Shown here one piece after another: positions 59,175-64,000 of a stretch of 64,000 nt of DNA. Positions within the stretch are counted from its first letter, which is position 1. Every line of letters begins with the position of its first letter. The stretch is taken from NCBI RefSeq assembly GCF_011745625.1, contig NW_027191452.1, forward strand, positions 62,001 through 126,000. The letters are read 5' to 3'. Origin of the DNA: Cladosporium halotolerans. Taxonomy: Eukaryota. The notes under the pieces are model-generated. The model searched no databases and was not told where the DNA came from. It worked only from the letters and a program-made list of their open reading frames with translations. A program made the position numbers and the translations under genes.

Positions 59175-59820
59175 TCACTCAGGATAAAAATCCTTGCACG
59201 GAATGTTCGCCTCGCGCAGCCTGATACATTTCTCATGCGGCAACCAATCCTGCGTAGTAGGGTCAGGATCGTGCCTGAATTTGCACTCAAAGTCATGCTG
59301 GTTCAGTCTGAACTTTTGAGCCAGAAGGTGCTCGATCGACTTCTTGAACGCCCACTTCGTAGTCTGCTGGGGGCCAAAAGGCCTGATGGAAAACTTGATC
59401 CCAAGGGATTAGCACTTGAAGTCTTCCTTCTGCGAACACAAGGGGATCGATCAATCATCCGCCCCATATACTCACGGTAGACCGAAAGCTGAGCGTCTCA
59501 GGAAAGTACTCCCAAGTGAATGAGCCCGGCTTGAGGCTCTCGGAGGCCTCCTCGCAAACGTCGAGCAGCTCCTTCGACGTGATGTTCCAGTCCTTGCCGT
59601 CGAGCTCATAGTGATGCCAGTAGTTGGCGGCGAAGACGTCAAAGTTCATCTCCTGCCGGTACCAGCAGGTGTAGTTGAACTGGTACGTGTGCGTGTTGAC
59701 GTTGTCCATCCAGTTATAGTATGCATAGTCCGCGAAGCCGGTCCCGCCACCGCCTTGTTTGGGAAGCACAGCGCACGAGGCGCTCGCGAGGAGTGCGGAA
59801 AGTGTGGTTAGGATAAACAT
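59175..59820 (-). CDS. Small secreted protein (effector candidate), 2 exons
   Basis: Signal peptide MFILTTLSALLASASCA; GTGAGT intron near 59394-59475 with a GCTAAT branch point; ~190 aa with several Cys. Confidence 0.65.
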
Positions 59821-60343
59821 TGCAGCCTGATGTGAGGCGGATGCGCGGGAGAAGAGAAATGGCGAGGAACAAAGAGAAGGATCTCGAGAGGCATGATACA
59901 TGGGTTCCTTCTACCCCGCCTCCATGCGAGAATGCGTTTCAAGCGCTGAGAAGATTATTTGTATCAATACTTGTCATCCGTTGCTGAGTAACTTCAACAT
60001 CGCTGGCGACGACCACTGGCGGTCAAAGGTTTGATGACAAAGACACCCACATTGTGTTTGGCATCGTGGGACAATTCGCCATTGCTGTCAAATCATCGAC
60101 CCCCAGCCAATTGAGACTTGCATAATGGCACAGAGTTCAAGGTTGAGGAATTACTATATTCGAAGGCTGTGAGAAAGCGTGGAGAGGTCAACATAAGAAG
60201 CAAGCCAAGTCGCCCCGGAGGTCCGTGCTCACCTCCGACCCTTCGCCGACTTTGGACATCTCGAATGGGCATCTCGAACGCGGGTGCAGCACTTCAGGCG
60301 GAGAGGCCACTGCAGTTCTCAGTCCAAACAGACCACAGCAATC

Positions 60344-61348
60344 ATGGCCGCAACACGATACTGCCCGTCGTGCCTCTCCACGGCCTCGCCGACCACTCTC
60401 TTCCGCCCCGTCCGCGCATTCGCTCCTCCGCCCGCCCTGCGCTCATTCCACACATCCTCTCCCCTCGCCGCCGTGCAATCCGCCAACGCCGCAAAGTACA
60501 AGCGCAAAGACCAGGCGCAAGCGAGCAAGAAGAAGAAAAAGACCTCCTCGAACTTCGACACCCCGGACCTGCGAGATGCGCAGCAATTCAGCCTGGTGGA
60601 CGCCATGCGGTACGTCGTCAAGGACTTCCCCGGGGAACCTTTCTTCCCAGGTATCCTCCGTCACCAGATTCTAACAAAGCCTCCCAGCTACCTCCGCGCC
60701 GCCGAAGTAGGCCGCAACCCGTCCTCCTCCAAATACGAGCTCCACGTCCGCTTCAAAACCCCAAAGAACGGCGCCGTCGTCCGCAACCGCATGCGCCTGC
60801 CGCACCCCGTGAAAACCGACATGCGCGTCTGCGTCATCGCACCCCCCGACAGCGCCGCAGGGAAAGCCGCCAAAGCCGCCGGCGCCTCGCTCGTGGGCGA
60901 GGAGCAGGTCTTCGACATGGTGCGCGAGGGCCGCATCGAGTTCGAGCGCTGCCTGTGCCACGCCGACAGCCTTCCAAAGCTGAGCAAGTCCGGCATCGCG
61001 CGCGTGCTGGGCCCGAGGGGTCTGATGCCGAGCGCGAAGACGAATACGGTTGTCAAGGATGTGGCGGCGAGCGTGAAGGGAATGGTGGGTGCGTCGGAGT
61101 ACAGGGAGCGGTTAGGCGTGGTGAGGATGGCGGTTGGGCAGTTGGGGTTCACGCCGGAGGAGATGCAGAGGAACATCAAGGCGTTTGTGGATTCGCTGAA
61201 GAAGGATATCGCGCAGCTGAGCGATCGGATATCGAAGGATATTCACGAGGTGGTGCTGAGCAGCACTAATGGACCGGGTATGAGCTTGAACGGCGAGATG
61301 AGGGGGCCTAACAGCCCGCCCACGAAGGACCTGAGCGTTGTGGGATGA
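60344..61348 (+). CDS. MRPL1: Mitochondrial ribosomal protein uL1m
   Basis: Arg/Ser-rich presequence; FSLVDAMRYLRAAEVG, RLPHPV, ARVLGPRGLMPS, VVLSSTNGPG; intron 60610-60687. Confidence 0.92.
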   Translation: MAATRYCPSCLSTASPTTLFRPVRAFAPPPALRSFHTSSPLAAVQSANAAKYKRKDQAQASKKKKKTSSNFDTPDLRDAQQFSLVDAMRYVVKDFPGEPFFPGILRHQILTKPPSYLRAAEVGRNPSSSKYELHVRFKTPKNGAVVRNRMRLPHPVKTDMRVCVIAPPDSAAGKAAKAAGASLVGEEQVFDMVREGRIEFERCLCHADSLPKLSKSGIARVLGPRGLMPSAKTNTVVKDVAASVKGMVGASEYRERLGVVRMAVGQLGFTPEEMQRNIKAFVDSLKKDIAQLSDRISKDIHEVVLSSTNGPGMSLNGEMRGPNSPPTKDLSVVG

Positions 61349-61503
61349 TTTATTACACGTTGGAGGGCGTTCAGCGGGGGAGCATTGTAAGAGAAGACGA
61401 AAGCATCTATTTTCTTGAGATATCTTTCTCTCTAGGCCTGTAGATTCTAGGCCGGAAACCTGTATTCACATCTGATCATCACATCGTCCGCTTCCCAAAT
61501 CAT

Positions 61504-62838
61504 CTACATCTTCGCCTCCACGCTCGCGAAACCATTCACAACACTCGTTATCAACTGGTTCGCAATCGCCGTGCTAGGCGGCAACCTCAATCCACCCTCC
61601 TTATACTCCGGCCCAGCAGCATCTCCCAACCCACTCGTGCCCACCCTCAGCGCATCCCTCACCTCCGCGAAATCAAACCACTTCGCATCGTCCAGCTCCG
61701 GATCATTGCCTAGATCGATCGTCTCGCCTTCCGGCACCGCCTGCCCAACCGCACCGATCATCAAGTTCGCCGGGTACGGCCACGGCTGCGTGGAGTGGAT
61801 CACGACGCGGCCGACGAAAATCCCGGCCTCCTCGTACACCTCTCGCCGCACGGCCTCCTCGATGCTCTCCGCGGGCTCCGCGAAGCCTGCCAGCGTCGAG
61901 TACCAATACGGCGGCCAGCGGCGCTGGCGGCCCAGTAGGATCTTGTCGCCCGCGTGGTTGACGACAGCCATGATGACGGTCGGGTCGGTGCGCGGGAAGC
62001 TGAGGTTCGAGACACCAGTGCGGGTGGCGCAGGGCGGGCGCTCGCTGGGGTTCGCGGGCGCGGCGGCTGTCGTGGACATGGGCGCTGCGGCTTTGCGGGC
62101 GAGGTCGGTGCTGGGGCAGGCGCGTTTGAAGCCGCCGTTGACGGACATTGTGGGCTGGCCGCATTGCGCGCAGAAGGGGTTGCGGGCGTTCCAGTCGAGG
62201 AGTTGGCGGGCTTCGGCGTAGATGGCGGCTGAGGGAGTTCGTTAGTGATGCGATCGTTGCGGGTTGGTGGCAACGCCGTAAAACATACCGTCGCTGGCCT
62301 CCAGCTCCATGAGCCTGCCCTTTCCGAACTGCACATCGCCCTGCTCCACCTTGCCAATGAGCTTCTCGCACGCCTCCTTCACACTTCCTCTCGGCGTCAC
62401 GTCCACAGCAAAGTACGGCGCGCCAATATACCTGTTCTTCCCCTGGTAATCCAACCCATCCTTGACCCTCTCATCGATCCCCAGAAAAATCATCTGCGGC
62501 ACCGTCTTCTCCGAATTATACTGCTCGTGCATCTCCTTCTCGCCCAGCGCATAGGGATCCTCGCCAATGACCGGCTTCACATCCTCGTAGCCCACATACG
62601 CCAGCTTCTTGTTCTCCGCGGACTGCACGAGCGGCTGCAGGTCCTTACAAAGCATGAAGGAGGTCGAGGGGTGGCGCAGCGCGCGGCTGAGGAAGACATG
62701 GTCGCTGCGCAGGAAGCCCAGGCGGTTGAGCGGCGAACCCGCGAAGTAGTTTGCGACTTCGCGGCCGAACTTGCGGGACAGCATGGAGTCGACGTCCGGG
62801 TGGGCGGGGAGGGGGAGGTCGGGCTGTTTCTTAGACAT
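61504..62838 (-). CDS. NPY1: NADH pyrophosphatase (NudC/NUDT12 type) ending in PTS1-like AKM
   Basis: FPRTDP, Nudix box LAGFAEPAESIEEAVRREVYEEAG, STQPWPYPANLMIG; intron ~62230-62288. Confidence 0.93.
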
Positions 62839-63924
62839 TTGGTGTATATGTGTGTATGTGCGTATGTGTGTATGCGTGTAGGTGTTGGAAGATTGATTTA
62901 GGTTGTGGAGAGGTTTCGGGGAGGCGGAGATTTGAGATGGGATGGTTTGGGAGAGAAATTGGTCTTTACCGTCGTGCCACCCAGAGCAGAATGATAATGA
63001 CGTTGGTGATGCAAAGGCACAGCGCGCTGCGGGCTGCTGTGTAATCAACACCGCCGATAGAGGGGCGCCTTTTGCTGCTGGTGGAGTCTACCCTCGGATA
63101 TAAAAGCGGCGTCATATGCCGAGCCGCTGCGCTCATTTGTGGGCCGAGAGTGGTAGAAGAAACGTGCGACTTTTAAGCTTACCCAAAGAGCTTTGTGCAC
63201 AACCTTATACATGCCATCGGATTTGAATAGCACCTAGCATGGTTCGCGAGTCGGACTATACTGGCGCTCACACTTGGTTATCCGCTGAGGGGTCGTGGAA
63301 GATGCGATGGCAAGGTCCTGAGGCTGCGCATTCTGTGTCAGTCTGGTGCAGAGAGGTTCCAGTGTATTATCGCTATCTTATCGAGTTGGACGCATGGCGG
63401 TATAGCTGCATTCCTTTTCTTCCGTGCACCGGAACCACAGAAGGATAAATGAGCCCCGCGGATTTGGTGGATATGGCTGCTTTCGAGAGGAGCCATGCTT
63501 TTGCTGTGCTGCTACGTAGGCCTAATCAGATGCGAAGACCGAAAGTTTGCAGACGCACTCTGCAAGCTTAGGGGCGGAAGCCCGAATACTTGTAGCTCGC
63601 CAGTACACAACAACATCAAAGTGGGACACCTGGTGGTCGCATGCGTGGATTTGCATGGCCTGTCAAGCCCCGGACATCGCCTGGCTGAAACGTGGAGACA
63701 GCAGCGGCGGCCTTGCCTTTCACGTGCTAGCCCCAGGAACAAGGGATCAGGCAGTTGCGTCAAAACCCGCCCAGTGCTTATGACGTTGTCTCTACCGATT
63801 CGCCGAACCTTCATACACCACCTGCACGCAAACACGCCTAGAACGCCGACCTCCCTCTCACACGCAGCCGCCGTCCGACCTCGCCGCACGACTACTGAGG
63901 CAGCAGCCAGCGCAGGCGCAGAGG

Positions 63925-64000
63925 ATGGGCGCGTCGGAGAGCAAGCTCGCCTTCAAAGAGGACATCTTTCGCCTGTCCGGGGACCCAGATATTCCGGCAG
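63925..64000 (+). CDS. 5' end of a HID1/Ecm30-family protein (runs off the window)
   Basis: MGASESKLAFKEDIFRL, a myristoylation-type N-terminus characteristic of fungal HID1. Confidence 0.75.
   Translation, partial: MGASESKLAFKEDIFRLSGDPDIPA

Noticed and set aside
60118..61269. 383-aa ORF overlapping MRPL1
   Set aside because: Arg/Pro-rich alternative frame of a GC-rich gene.
62839..63051. Non-AUG N-terminal extension of NPY1
   Set aside because: The open frame runs through CA-rich low-complexity leader sequence and does not resemble a targeting peptide.
1..64000. Transposons, RIP-degraded AT-rich blocks, CRISPR arrays, TGA-CTA readthrough PTS1 signals
   Set aside because: None seen by eye: no transposase or RT motifs, no AT-rich islands, no repeat-spacer arrays, and the stop contexts I checked lacked the readthrough motif.

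Overview
Gene-dense eukaryotic DNA from a filamentous ascomycete. Short GT..AG introns with CTRAC-type branch points and the gene content suggest Pezizomycotina, probably a Dothideomycete (inference only). I find about 30 protein-coding genes and one intron-containing tRNA-Lys(CTT). The left part has secreted/cell-wall genes and a GH5 mannanase, followed by a housekeeping block (MTHFR, QTRT2-like, CDC8, BCS1-like, CFD1). The middle has a PAN/apple protein, a PQ-loop transporter, a bacterial-type IlvD/Edd dehydratase, a sugar porter, a lysozyme-like protein and a Zn-finger/FAD-oxidoreductase fusion. The right part has the A-T-R-R glycine betaine reductase, a P450, a GH43, a DszC/SfnB-like monooxygenase, an F-box protein, an alpha/beta hydrolase, a PTH11-like protein, MRPL1, NPY1 and the start of HID1. 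No transposon, rRNA or CRISPR array was seen. The most interesting leads are (1) repeated ~1 kb C/A-rich to G/T-rich skew-flip domains, (2) a foldable ORF-less 0.9 kb region with a telomere-template-like motif behind a hairpin, (3) the Zn-finger/DAO fusion, (4) the bacterial-like dehydratase, and (5) CYS-3/MetR- and XlnR-type motifs that suggest functions for orphan enzymes. All calls are by-eye recognition with no database searches, and intron boundaries are manual predictions.
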